Origin: an uncultured Arcobacter sp.
Lineage (GTDB): Bacteria; Campylobacterota; Campylobacteria; Campylobacterales; Arcobacteraceae
Reading direction: 5' to 3'
NCBI GenBank assembly: GCA_965140705.1
Contig: OZ223300.1
Span: 384,001-448,000, forward strand
DNA: 64,000 nucleotides
Shown here: piece after piece, positions 20,291 to 29,886 of the stretch
Position numbering within the stretch: position 1 is the stretch's first letter
Layout of the letters: every line of letters begins with the position of its first letter
Notes under the pieces: model-generated
Told to the model about the DNA's origin: nothing
What the model saw: only the letters and a program-made list of their open reading frames with translations
The model's database searches: none
Made by a program: the position numbers and the translations under genes

Positions 20291-20294
20291 ATGT

Positions 20295-21137
20295 TTATAA
20301 TAATCCCAAAATACTAATAATCATTGAACCAACAGAAGCAAGTTCAGAACCTCTTGATAATAAACTACCTAAAACTGTTTTTGCTTTTTTATTGTCTATT
20401 TTTGAAGCTTCTAAATCTAAAATTACTTGATTTTCATCTTTTAAATTTAGTTTCTTTATTTCTTTAATCAATTTATCTATTTCATTACTAATATTATTTT
20501 CATTATAGATATTTGTTGAATTATTACCTGTAGAGATATTACCTAATTTAGATATATCTCCCATTACACCGTTAAAATTTTCAATATGAATATTTTTAGC
20601 TGCTTCTTTTTCTTTTTCTGTAAATATTAAATCATCATTTCCCAAAATTCCATCCTCCTCTAATTTTAAAGTCCATTCTAATAATAAGGTTCTTACTTTC
20701 TCAATAATCCCATATATTTGAATAGAATCAATAAATTGTGCAGGTTCACAATCTGTTGTATATAAATTCCTAAGCATATTAATTTGATGTCCACTTAAAC
20801 CTAATTGTAAATTATCGTCATTTGATTTTGAATCAGTAATTATTTTTTCCAGTTCACCAATAGGTTGAGAAAGCTTAGTTTTAGTTAAAGAATCTTCAAG
20901 ATTTTCATTAACTACAGCAGATGTCCAACCGTGATAAGGATTGAAAAACTTTAATTTTGTATGAATTTGTCTGTATTCAGGAATTTCTTCTTCATACCCT
21001 TTTAATTCTGAATTAATCCATTTTTTAAAATCATTTAATTTTAATTTTGTACTAATTACTAACGCTTCTCTAAATAAGTCTTGTAAGCTTTCATCTTTAT
21101 TTAGACATTTCTTTTGTAATTTAAGAACAATTGACAT
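20295..21137 (-). CDS. AbiTii-domain protein (abortive-infection related)
   Basis: LFREALVISTKL...WINSELKGY...IPEYR..FNPYHGW and VRTLLLEWTLKLE patterns. Confidence 0.8.
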   Translation of the reverse strand: MSIVLKLQKKCLNKDESLQDLFREALVISTKLKLNDFKKWINSELKGYEEEIPEYRQIHTKLKFFNPYHGWTSAVVNENLEDSLTKTKLSQPIGELEKIITDSKSNDDNLQLGLSGHQINMLRNLYTTDCEPAQFIDSIQIYGIIEKVRTLLLEWTLKLEEDGILGNDDLIFTEKEKEAAKNIHIENFNGVMGDISKLGNISTGNNSTNIYNENNISNEIDKLIKEIKKLNLKDENQVILDLEASKIDNKKAKTVLGSLLSRGSELASVGSMIISILGLL

Positions 21138-22938
21138 ATTTATCCTTTACTTTTAAATATTTCAAAATAACAGCTTTAATCTCTGTCAAATCAAACCCAT
21201 ATTCAAGTTTTTCTAACATAGTCAGTAATCTATCTACTTGTCTTTTTCCGTATGTACCTTGTGAGTGAGATTTACTGATATGTCCATTCATATAGTCTAA
21301 TGCTCCTTCTTTAACACCCTCTACATCTTTTAATCTTTCAGTAAAGGTATGTCTAAAGCTATGAAAATCTTTTCTCTTTTTAGTTCCAGTTTTAAAAAAT
21401 TCTTCATCAATGAACTCTTTTTTGAAATTCTTATTATTGAACTTTTTAGAAAAAGCTTGACCGTAGCCTTTACCTTTGGTATAAAAAAGATTTTGGAAGA
21501 TTCTTTTATGTCCTTGTTTCTTTTGGTGGTCTATAAAATCTAAGAAACCAAGTTCTATTAGTTTTGGATGCATAGGAACGATTCTTTCAGTGGAATCCCC
21601 TTTTATATGCTTATCAGGTTCATCCTCTTCAATATTAATACAAGTGATACCTTTGATTTTTACTATATCTTTAATATAAAGGGAACAAAGTTCATTAACT
21701 CTAAGCCCTTGATAAAGCGCAACGATAGGTGCAAAGATTTTGTCAGGATGATTTTTCAAGTTAAATAGTAAATCTTCTTTATACCATTTAGTATTGAATA
21801 GTTTTTCTAAGTCTTCATCTGTATATGCTACTCTTTCCCATTTTTGAGCTTTTTTCTTACTTTGTACAGTTGTTTTTTTATTGGCTAATCTATTTTGGTC
21901 TAAGTATTCATCCTCTACACACCAAGTTAAAAATGCAGATATTCTTGATATTCTATTATTGACTGTTGAAACTGCTAACTTTTCCCATTTGATAGTTTCA
22001 TATTGTTCATAAATCTCTTTATAAGTATGGTCTTCATAAAGTTTTGAATATTGATTTTTGTCAGGTAAGTGTTTGAGAATTTTAACAAACTCTTTCATAT
22101 CATCTTGTGTAATATCAATTGCATACTCTTTTTGGGTAATATTTATTAACATTTGAATATCAGTTTCGTATCTTTTAGGGTCTTTTAATCCCTCTTCTCT
22201 TCTTTTTTCTAAATATTCTTCTTTTAATTGAAGTAGAGTTCTTTTTTTATATTGGTTTTTTGTTTCATTGAGTTTATCTTGTAGGGCATATTGAAAGTTA
22301 GCACTTTTCTCTTTATATTCTGTGTTAAAATCTACTTCTGTAAACTTACCAAACTCTTCTTTTAATAAATTTGGTACTTCTAATATTTCTTCATTTCTTG
22401 CTTTATCATATCTTAGGATTTCATTTTCAGCTTTTAAAAGTTTTGATTTGATGGCATTTCGTTTATTTTCAGGGATTTTGTTTATATCTTCTTGGCTTAT
22501 GTTTGTTCTTTTAATGATTCTTTCATAGAGTTCATCTTGTTTGTCTTTGTTAAAAATAGCAATTTTTAATTCAGCTAAAGCTTTATCTATAGAATCAGGA
22601 TGACCACCATCTAATAATATGCCATCTTCATTAGGATATGTAAAATCTTTATGTCTAAGTTCCTCTAACTCTTCATACTCAATAATGGCTTCTAAGACGT
22701 ACTTTTTCAATAATGATTTTATATAACTATGTAATTCTTCCGATTCCAAACTTCCATCCCAATTTTTGTTTAGTAGTAAAAATACTTTAATAGTTCTAAA
22801 GTTTATCATATTAATAATATATTTTGCCATTATTAAGCTATCAGTTTGTAGTGAAATTGTTATATTCTTCCTACAATTCGGGATTTTTCTTTTAAAATAG
22901 TAAGTGTTGCCTTTTTTAATTAAATACTTCGTTCTCAA
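21121..22938 (-). CDS. int: Tyrosine recombinase/integrase with DUF6538-like N-terminal arm-binding domain
   Basis: YYFKRKIP N-terminus; catalytic R (GLRVNE), HSFRH, GH, and Y near the C-terminus. Confidence 0.93.
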   Translation of the reverse strand: MRTKYLIKKGNTYYFKRKIPNCRKNITISLQTDSLIMAKYIINMINFRTIKVFLLLNKNWDGSLESEELHSYIKSLLKKYVLEAIIEYEELEELRHKDFTYPNEDGILLDGGHPDSIDKALAELKIAIFNKDKQDELYERIIKRTNISQEDINKIPENKRNAIKSKLLKAENEILRYDKARNEEILEVPNLLKEEFGKFTEVDFNTEYKEKSANFQYALQDKLNETKNQYKKRTLLQLKEEYLEKRREEGLKDPKRYETDIQMLINITQKEYAIDITQDDMKEFVKILKHLPDKNQYSKLYEDHTYKEIYEQYETIKWEKLAVSTVNNRISRISAFLTWCVEDEYLDQNRLANKKTTVQSKKKAQKWERVAYTDEDLEKLFNTKWYKEDLLFNLKNHPDKIFAPIVALYQGLRVNELCSLYIKDIVKIKGITCINIEEDEPDKHIKGDSTERIVPMHPKLIELGFLDFIDHQKKQGHKRIFQNLFYTKGKGYGQAFSKKFNNKNFKKEFIDEEFFKTGTKKRKDFHSFRHTFTERLKDVEGVKEGALDYMNGHISKSHSQGTYGKRQVDRLLTMLEKLEYGFDLTEIKAVILKYLKVKDKYVNCS

Positions 22939-23051
22939 TGGTTTCGCCTTTTTGGTTCAACCGCAAGTTCAATTTTTAATAAAATTTATCTCTTTTGAAG
23001 TATTAACACACTATACTACCGACATTGGTTCACTACGAAGGTTTTTAAAAC

Positions 23052-23069
23052 TTCATCCGCACCATCTAC
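23052..23069 (+). repeat. attR core (duplicated tRNA-Leu 3' end)
   Basis: Identical to 14023-14040. Confidence 0.93.
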
Positions 23070-23161
23070 TTTTAGATAAACTCAATATTTATAAGCTCTT
23101 TAATTTTTAATACTCCTTTGGGACTTTAATCTTATTTTACCTTTATATAATATTTACTTAG

Positions 23162-23238
<77 letters not shown>

Positions 23239-23300
23239 ACACACACAAAAATTTAATACCCTAATTTAGATTTTTAAAATTAAATAATGAAAGGAAAAAT

Positions 23301-23441
23301 ATGTCAATAACGAACATAAAATTAACAGATAAAATTGAAGTTTTTATTAGATTAATACAAAATAATGAAAGCATAAAAGACGCTTGTAGTAAAGCTGGAA
23401 TAAAAGTATCTACTGCTTCAAAACTAAACTATTCAAAGTAA
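23301..23441 (+). CDS. 46-aa HTH-like small protein
   Basis: SD aagga plus ATG; SIKDACSKAGIKVSTASK resembles an HTH; below the ORF-track cutoff. Confidence 0.5.
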   Translation: MSITNIKLTDKIEVFIRLIQNNESIKDACSKAGIKVSTASKLNYSK

Positions 23442-23504
23442 AAAAATACTAATTCAAATGTAAATTAATTATATACATTGGTTCAATGATAAAATCATTA
23501 AACT

Positions 23505-23593
23505 AATAGTATTTAATTACTTTGAAAAATAGTAAAGCTCCCAATTATAAAACTTTTTCATCAAGAAATAAATCCCTAGGAATTATAATAATA
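23505..23593 (+). repeat. 89-bp direct repeat, copy A (contains an orphan 3' end of the 7TM-DISM kinase gene)
   Basis: 81/89 identical to 29882-29970 by manual alignment. Confidence 0.88.
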
Positions 23594-23614
23594 CGTTAAC
23601 CTACTTTTTTTAAT

Positions 23615-24469
23615 TCAAATATTTTTAGATTTCTTTAATAAATATAATGAGTTTACAAATAAGGATAATATTATAATAAAACCTCCTGTAAAAGTACCAT
23701 CTGAAGGAACTTCTCTTAAAATCAACCAAACAAAGAATGGTGCAGCCACAGCTTCTAAAGTCATCAATAAACTAACTTCACTAGCGGGTAACTGTTTTGT
23801 TCCAAGAGAGATAAGAACTCTTGATATAGGAACTACTAAAAGACCAGCTAATAATAAAATCATTAAAGTACTCATATCAATCAGCAGATTATTCGCAAGA
23901 AAAAAAGATGTAGTTGCAATAATGAGACCTCCAAATGCAATAATTGCAAATCTATTGGCTTCATTGTATTTTGAAAGTACTACAAAATATAAAGAGAATA
24001 AATTTGCACTAATAAGTGCATAAATATTCCCCCTCATGTCACCACTGCCTAATTGTGAAAAGAAAATAACAGCTAGCCCAACAAAAATAAAAAAAGATAC
24101 AATATAAATATTTTTTTTACTTTTTTCTTTATAAAGTAAATATGAATAAAAAGCAGAAAACAATGGAGCAGAAGCTAGTATAAAAACAGTATTTGCAACT
24201 GTTGTTGTTTTAATGGCATTAATAAAAAAAACAATTGATATTCCAGATAAAGCACCACAGATTAAAATAGGCTGGATGTTCACTTTATATATAAAGATTG
24301 TTTTTTTCTTTAAGGTTGTCAATAAAATAATATTTAAGCTTAAAAACATGAAAATACCAATATAAAACGCAAATGTGAGTGCATCAATAGAAGTTATCTT
24401 CATAAAGAGTGTTTCTATACTCATAAGTAATACACCTGAAATAGTTATCAATATAGCTCGTAAATGCAA
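23615..24469 (-). CDS. EamA/DMT-family transporter (TTG start at 24469 inferred)
   Basis: About 10 TM helices in two repeats; LASAPLF and TLEAVAAP motifs; SD aagga. Confidence 0.85.
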   Translation of the reverse strand: MHLRAILITISGVLLMSIETLFMKITSIDALTFAFYIGIFMFLSLNIILLTTLKKKTIFIYKVNIQPILICGALSGISIVFFINAIKTTTVANTVFILASAPLFSAFYSYLLYKEKSKKNIYIVSFFIFVGLAVIFFSQLGSGDMRGNIYALISANLFSLYFVVLSKYNEANRFAIIAFGGLIIATTSFFLANNLLIDMSTLMILLLAGLLVVPISRVLISLGTKQLPASEVSLLMTLEAVAAPFFVWLILREVPSDGTFTGGFIIILSLFVNSLYLLKKSKNI

Positions 24470-24755
24470 ATTCTTCCTTTGTATCTTTTCTGAATGATTT
24501 ATATAAAACTGCGTAATATACAAAATAATATGCAATTAGAGAAATAAAATTTATTGATTATTTTCATAAATTTATTTGATATATAATTTATACATTGATT
24601 TTAATTTAATCTGATAGAATTTGAACAATTTATATATTCTTATATGTATACTTTATATACATAGTTATAAGACATGTAAAGAAAATGCTTTGCTAGAATA
24701 ATAGTTGTCAATTTAAAAAACAATATATTATTTAAGAAAAAAAGGAGATATTTAT

Positions 24756-25691
24756 ATGAAAAAAAGTAATTTAATGAATCTATTTGTAGATAAGGCTGGG
24801 TTAACTAAACCTATTTTAAATGGAGAAAGAAAAACAATAAAAAGTATACTTTCTCCATTTCAGAAAACGTTATTGGTCGCTAGTCTAGTATGCACGACTT
24901 TTGTTCATACTGCTCAAGCTGATTTACTTGAAGATATTAAAGCAAAAGGTGAAATAGTTATTGCGACTGAAGCACGTTATGCTCCTTTTGAAATGCTTAA
25001 AGATGGAAAAATTGTTGGTTACGATGAAGATATTTTGCATGAAATCTTAAAGGATTTACCAGGTGTAAAGTTAACTCAATTAGATTTACCTTTTCAAGGA
25101 ATTTTAACTGGTCTTAGTGCTAAACGTTATGATTTTGTAGTTACTGCATTAACATTAACTAAAAAGAGAATGGCTAAATATGCTTTTACCTATCCAATCT
25201 CAACAGCTTCGCTTGTTCTCTTAAAACGAAAAGGAGATGATCGTATCAAGTCACCAAAAGATATGGCTGGTATGATTCTTGGAATACAACGTGGTTCGGC
25301 ACAATTAAAGACTATTAAGGCATATGAAAAGGCTGAGCTTTCAAAGAATGGCTATAAAAAAATTAAAAAGTTTACTGATTACAATGAAGCTTATACAGCC
25401 TTAGCATCAAGACGGGTAGATGTTGTACCTCAAGCACTACCAAACTTGGCATCAGTAGTTAAAGAACGTTCTGACATATTTGAGATTGTTAGACCTAGTT
25501 TTGGTCCTGACTTATATTATGGTTGGGTAGGTAGAAAAGATGCCGAATCAGCTTCTTTAGTACAGTTCTTTAGTGATGGAATAGAAAAATTACACAAAAG
25601 CGGTAAGTTAGCAGAGCTACAAATGAAGTGGTTTGGGTTTAAAATGGATTTTCCAACAGGATATGTACCTATGCCTGAAGGTGAGAAATAA
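24756..25691 (+). CDS. Polar amino-acid ABC transporter substrate-binding protein
   Basis: Signal ending AQA; YAPFE, GYDED, FTYP motifs of SBP family 3. Confidence 0.9.
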   Translation: MKKSNLMNLFVDKAGLTKPILNGERKTIKSILSPFQKTLLVASLVCTTFVHTAQADLLEDIKAKGEIVIATEARYAPFEMLKDGKIVGYDEDILHEILKDLPGVKLTQLDLPFQGILTGLSAKRYDFVVTALTLTKKRMAKYAFTYPISTASLVLLKRKGDDRIKSPKDMAGMILGIQRGSAQLKTIKAYEKAELSKNGYKKIKKFTDYNEAYTALASRRVDVVPQALPNLASVVKERSDIFEIVRPSFGPDLYYGWVGRKDAESASLVQFFSDGIEKLHKSGKLAELQMKWFGFKMDFPTGYVPMPEGEK

Positions 25692-25693
25692 AT

Positions 25694-26647
25694 ATGAGTC
25701 AAGATCAACAACAATTACCCCGATATAGTGGTATTGCTACTTTTATGCGATGTGATTATGAAGAGTCATTAGAAGGAATTGATATTGGATTGATTGGTGT
25801 ACCATTTGATGGTGGTGTAACTAACCGTACTGGTACACGTCATGGTCCTCGTGATATTCGAGTTCAGTCAACTTTAATGCGTTCAATCAATCAAAGTACT
25901 GGTATTGCACCTTTTGAATTATGTAAAGTTGCTGATGTAGGGGATGCATTACCAGAAAGCCCATTTGAACTAGAACGTAGTCATAAATCTATTCAAAATT
26001 TTTTTGAAAAAGTTGTAGAAGCAGGCGTACTTCCCATTTCAGCTGGTGGAGACCATTCCATAAGTTTACCTATTTTAAGAGCTTTAGCTAAAGATGAGCC
26101 TGTAGCATTAGTACATTTTGATGCCCATTGTGATACTGGTGGCGATTATTTAGGATCTAAATTTCATCATGGTTCTCCTTTTAGAGTAGCTGTTGAAGAA
26201 GGTTTGATTGATCCTAAAAAAACTATTCAAATAGGTATTAGAGGTTCACTAAATCATAAAGAAATGTGGAAGTTTAGTCATGATAGTGGTATGCGGGTTA
26301 TCTATATGGATGAGTTTTATGATTTAGGTGTTGATGGTATAATTAAAGAAATCCATAAAATAGTGGGAGAGACACCTGCTTATATTACCTTTGATGTTGA
26401 TGGTTTAGATCCAGCCTTTGCAGTTGGAACAGGTACGCCCGAAGTTGGTGGTTTTACTACATTTGAAGCAATTGAAATGATCCGTGGTTTAACAGGTTTG
26501 CATATAGTTGGAGGAGATGTAGTTGAAGTCTCACCTCCCTTTGATCCCTCTGGTTCAACAGCATTAGTAGGCGCAACCATGATGTTCGAATTACTTTGTA
26601 TTGCTGCTGAGTCATTAGTAGCGCGTAAAGATAGCTTGGCATGTTAG
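25694..26647 (+). CDS. Ureohydrolase (agmatinase/guanidinobutyrase-like)
   Basis: GVPFD, GGDHS, DAHCD, DVDGLDP, GTGTPEVGG, VEVSPPFD. Confidence 0.9.
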   Translation: MSQDQQQLPRYSGIATFMRCDYEESLEGIDIGLIGVPFDGGVTNRTGTRHGPRDIRVQSTLMRSINQSTGIAPFELCKVADVGDALPESPFELERSHKSIQNFFEKVVEAGVLPISAGGDHSISLPILRALAKDEPVALVHFDAHCDTGGDYLGSKFHHGSPFRVAVEEGLIDPKKTIQIGIRGSLNHKEMWKFSHDSGMRVIYMDEFYDLGVDGIIKEIHKIVGETPAYITFDVDGLDPAFAVGTGTPEVGGFTTFEAIEMIRGLTGLHIVGGDVVEVSPPFDPSGSTALVGATMMFELLCIAAESLVARKDSLAC

Positions 26648-27291
26648 ACTTTAGTGTTGTATTTGAACATTTTAATGATTTATTGAATGGGCTATGGATG
26701 ACCACATGGATATCCTTGCTATCGATTTTAATTGGTTTTATATTTAGTATTATTTTATGCCTAGGTCGTTTATCTTCAAATACTTTCATTAATTTTATTT
26801 GTCGATTTTATATCAGTGCAATAAGAGGAACTCCTCTACTTGTTCAATTAACAATTGTGTTCTATTTTTTACCATATTGGGGAATAAATATACCATCGAT
26901 TGTGGCTGCTATTATTACATTATCAATGAATACAGCAGCATTTCAAGCTGAAATTTTACGTGGGGGTTTTCAAACAATCCCCCATGGTCAAAAAGAAACA
27001 GCTTGGAGCTATGGTTATACACCCTTTCAATGTTTATATTACATCGAATTACCGCAAGTAATAAGAAAAGTACTGCCATCATTAACCAATGAAGTTATTG
27101 ACATTATTAAGAACTCTGCGCTTATTTCAACAATCGCAGTAATTGATTTAATGAGGGTTACCCAGGTTTATTCATCAACAACGTATCGCCCAATTGAATT
27201 CTTTGTTTCTGCAGGGGTACTGTATTTACTACTTACTTCTTGTATCAGTATTTTGGGACGTTATATCGAATCCCGTTTAATGACGCACTAG
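26641..27291 (+). CDS. Amino-acid ABC permease
   Basis: IRGTPLLVQ, AEILRGG, EAA-like loop. Confidence 0.92.
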   Translation: MLDFSVVFEHFNDLLNGLWMTTWISLLSILIGFIFSIILCLGRLSSNTFINFICRFYISAIRGTPLLVQLTIVFYFLPYWGINIPSIVAAIITLSMNTAAFQAEILRGGFQTIPHGQKETAWSYGYTPFQCLYYIELPQVIRKVLPSLTNEVIDIIKNSALISTIAVIDLMRVTQVYSSTTYRPIEFFVSAGVLYLLLTSCISILGRYIESRLMTH

Positions 27292-27303
27292 GAGATTGTG
27301 AAA

Positions 27304-27963
27304 ATGGATTTAAGTCTTTATATTACTTATTGGCCTTTATTATTTAAAGGACTTTTATTTACTCTTTACATTTGCTCAATTGGTGTATTCTTAGCCATGT
27401 TGGGAGGGTTAATTCTATATCGTATTAATAGAATTAATTTGCTTATTACACGTTTAGTTTATTCTGTCTATTTAACTGTCTTCCGTGGGACACCTTTGCT
27501 TGTTCAAGTTTATTTAGTTTATTACGGTGGACCATTTATTGGATTAGAGTTAACGGCAGAACAAGTGGGTATTTTAGGTCTTAGCTTATATGGTGCAGCT
27601 TACTTTGCTGAAATATTCCGTTCAGGATTTGAAAGTATTCCTAAAGGACATATTGAAGCAGCTTACGATTTAGGTTACGCACGTCGCCAAATTTTGAGAT
27701 ATATTCAACTACCAGAGATGTTGGGTTTGATTCTTCCACCAAGTATTAATTTAACTATTATTTTAATTAAAGAATCTGCAATTCTTTCTATTATTACAGT
27801 ATCTGAACTCACAACAGCAGCAGTTACAATGGGAACAGAAACATTTAGTATGGTTGAACCTTATGTGTTTTTAGCTTTATCTTACTGGTGTATTACATTT
27901 ATTGTCGCAAAAATAGGTTCTTGGTGTGAAAACCGAAGCCTTATTCATTTGCAACGTAGCTAA
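27304..27963 (+). CDS. Amino-acid ABC permease
   Basis: FRGTPLLVQ, AEIFRSG, EAAYDLG. Confidence 0.92.
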   Translation: MDLSLYITYWPLLFKGLLFTLYICSIGVFLAMLGGLILYRINRINLLITRLVYSVYLTVFRGTPLLVQVYLVYYGGPFIGLELTAEQVGILGLSLYGAAYFAEIFRSGFESIPKGHIEAAYDLGYARRQILRYIQLPEMLGLILPPSINLTIILIKESAILSIITVSELTTAAVTMGTETFSMVEPYVFLALSYWCITFIVAKIGSWCENRSLIHLQRS

Positions 27964-27984
27964 GTTAAGAATTCAGGAGAAGTT

Positions 27985-28782
27985 ATGAAAATAGTACAAC
28001 ATAAAGCAATAAAACTAATTAATTTAAAAAAGCACTTTGGTGATAACGAAGTATTAAAGGGAATCAATTTCGATATTGATTATGGGAAAGTGGTCTGTAT
28101 TATTGGAGGATCAGGATCAGGGAAAAGTACAATGCTTAGATGCATGAACTTTCTTGAACAATACGATGGAGGCGAAGTACAAATAAATGGTAAACTATTA
28201 GGTTATGGTTCCGATTCTCAAGGTAATCTAGAATTATTACCGAGTCAATTTATACAAAAAGATTTAGCAGAAGTTTGCATGGTTTTTCAACAATTTAATC
28301 TGTGGCCACACATGAGTGTGATTGAAAATGTCATGTCACCACTATTACGAGTTCATCACTTAAGTAAAAAAGAGGCTGAAGAAAGAGCTGTAAAAGTACT
28401 TGAAAAAGTTGATATGCTACATAAAAGGGATGCTTATCCTGCCCAATTGTCAGGCGGACAACAACAACGTGTTGCAATTGCACGTGCATTAGGTACTGAG
28501 CCTAAAATTATGTTATTTGATGAGCCCACTTCAGCACTTGATCCTGAATTAGTAGGTGAAGTATTAAAAGTAATGAAATCACTAGCTCAAGATGGTATGA
28601 CCATGGTTATAGTGACGCATGAAATGGGATTTGCAGCTCAAGTATCAGATAAAGTTGTCTTTCTTGCAAATGGTTTAATTGAAGAAGAAGGAGACCCAAA
28701 AATACTTTTTAGTCAACCAAAATCAGAAAAACTAAAAAGCTTTTTAAGTACATGGACGGAACGAAATAGTGGAATTATATAG
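27985..28782 (+). CDS. Amino-acid ABC ATP-binding protein
   Basis: [29 protein letters not shown]. Confidence 0.95.
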   Translation: MKIVQHKAIKLINLKKHFGDNEVLKGINFDIDYGKVVCIIGGSGSGKSTMLRCMNFLEQYDGGEVQINGKLLGYGSDSQGNLELLPSQFIQKDLAEVCMVFQQFNLWPHMSVIENVMSPLLRVHHLSKKEAEERAVKVLEKVDMLHKRDAYPAQLSGGQQQRVAIARALGTEPKIMLFDEPTSALDPELVGEVLKVMKSLAQDGMTMVIVTHEMGFAAQVSDKVVFLANGLIEEEGDPKILFSQPKSEKLKSFLSTWTERNSGII

Positions 28783-28834
28783 TTTCTCTAATCTTACATT
28801 ATAAAACATCTTTTGACAATAGAACCATTTGAAT

Positions 28835-28868
28835 AAAGAGAGCGATAATAAAACATTGCTCTTTTTTT
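28835..28868 (+). terminator. Intrinsic terminator of the ABC/ureohydrolase operon
   Basis: aaagagagcgat / attgctcttttt stem with T tail. Confidence 0.65.
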
Positions 28869-29007
28869 AATAGGAACTTTTGTTTATATATCCCTTTTGA
28901 ATAGTTTATACTAGGCTACTTAATATACAATATAATAACTAATTAAGAAAAATATTTTGCTAGAATAATAGTTGACAATTAAAAAACTAAAATAGGGTAA
29001 GATAAAA

Positions 29008-29886
29008 ATGACAATAAGAGAAATGGATATATTTGTAAATGTTGCAGAATTATCAAATTTAACAAAAGTTTCTGAAAAAATGAATTTAACCCAACCAAGT
29101 ATTTCTATGACTATCAAATCAATTGAAGAAGAATTTAATGAAAAAATGTTTGATAGAATAAGTAAAAAATTAATAGTAAATGAAAGAGGTAGAGTATTAT
29201 ATGAAGAAATTACTCCTATATTATTACAATTAAAACAATTTAAAGAAAGATTTATCCAGAATAAATTTTCGGGAAATATTAATGTCGCTGCTTCAAATAC
29301 AATTGGTGTTTATGCTTTAGCTGATGTTTTATATGATTATAAGAAGCTACATAAGCATGTAAATATTACTCATTTATATCCAGAACCTGATAATATTATC
29401 TCTTTGATTTATGAAGGGAAAGTGGATATTGGATTTATTGAATTTGAACTTCTTGATAAAAATATTGTAAAGGAATTACTTTACAAAGATGAACTTATTG
29501 TTGTGAGTTCAGATAAATCTCTTATAGAAAAAAGTTTTTATATTGATCAATTATTTGACAAAGAATGGATAGTAAGAGAAATATCTTCTGCCGTTACTCA
29601 AACTTTTTTTGATTATTTAGGAGAGGTGAAATCAGATCTAAATATTACATTGGCACTTGAACATACTGTAGCTATAAAGGAACTACTTATAAAACATAAA
29701 AATACAATTTCTATTTTACCAGCGAAAAGTGTGGAAAATGAAATTCGTTCTAATAAATTATATAAAATTGATATTATTAATATGAAGTTTGAAAGAAATA
29801 CTTATATGATTTATCATAAAAATAAATTTAAGAATATTATCTTTGAATCATTTAGAAAATTTGCACTGGAAAATATTGTTAAATAG
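29008..29886 (+). CDS. LysR-family transcriptional regulator
   Basis: N-terminal HTH LTQPSIS..IKSIE..FDR; substrate-binding domain. Confidence 0.92.
   Translation: MTIREMDIFVNVAELSNLTKVSEKMNLTQPSISMTIKSIEEEFNEKMFDRISKKLIVNERGRVLYEEITPILLQLKQFKERFIQNKFSGNINVAASNTIGVYALADVLYDYKKLHKHVNITHLYPEPDNIISLIYEGKVDIGFIEFELLDKNIVKELLYKDELIVVSSDKSLIEKSFYIDQLFDKEWIVREISSAVTQTFFDYLGEVKSDLNITLALEHTVAIKELLIKHKNTISILPAKSVENEIRSNKLYKIDIINMKFERNTYMIYHKNKFKNIIFESFRKFALENIVK

Larger units (their letters stand above)
14023..23069. mobile_element. ~9-kb integrative element in tRNA-Leu (tyrosine integrase, RCR Rep, SSB-like, FtsK, TA and Abi-like cargo)
   Basis: Flanking 18-bp att repeats, integrase adjacent to attR, replication/translocase module. 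Confidence 0.92.

Noticed and set aside
14023..23069. Calling the element a tailed prophage or classical ICE
   Set aside because: No terminase, capsid, tail, lysis or VirB4/T4SS genes are recognisable
22904..23110. 68-aa ORF across attR as a possible excisionase
   Set aside because: Crosses the att site, overlaps int antisense, has no SD and no HTH pattern
24470..24755. Guanidine riboswitch upstream of the ureohydrolase operon or EamA
   Set aside because: The region is almost pure AT with no recognisable ykkC, mini-ykkC (ACGR hairpins) or ykkC-III features
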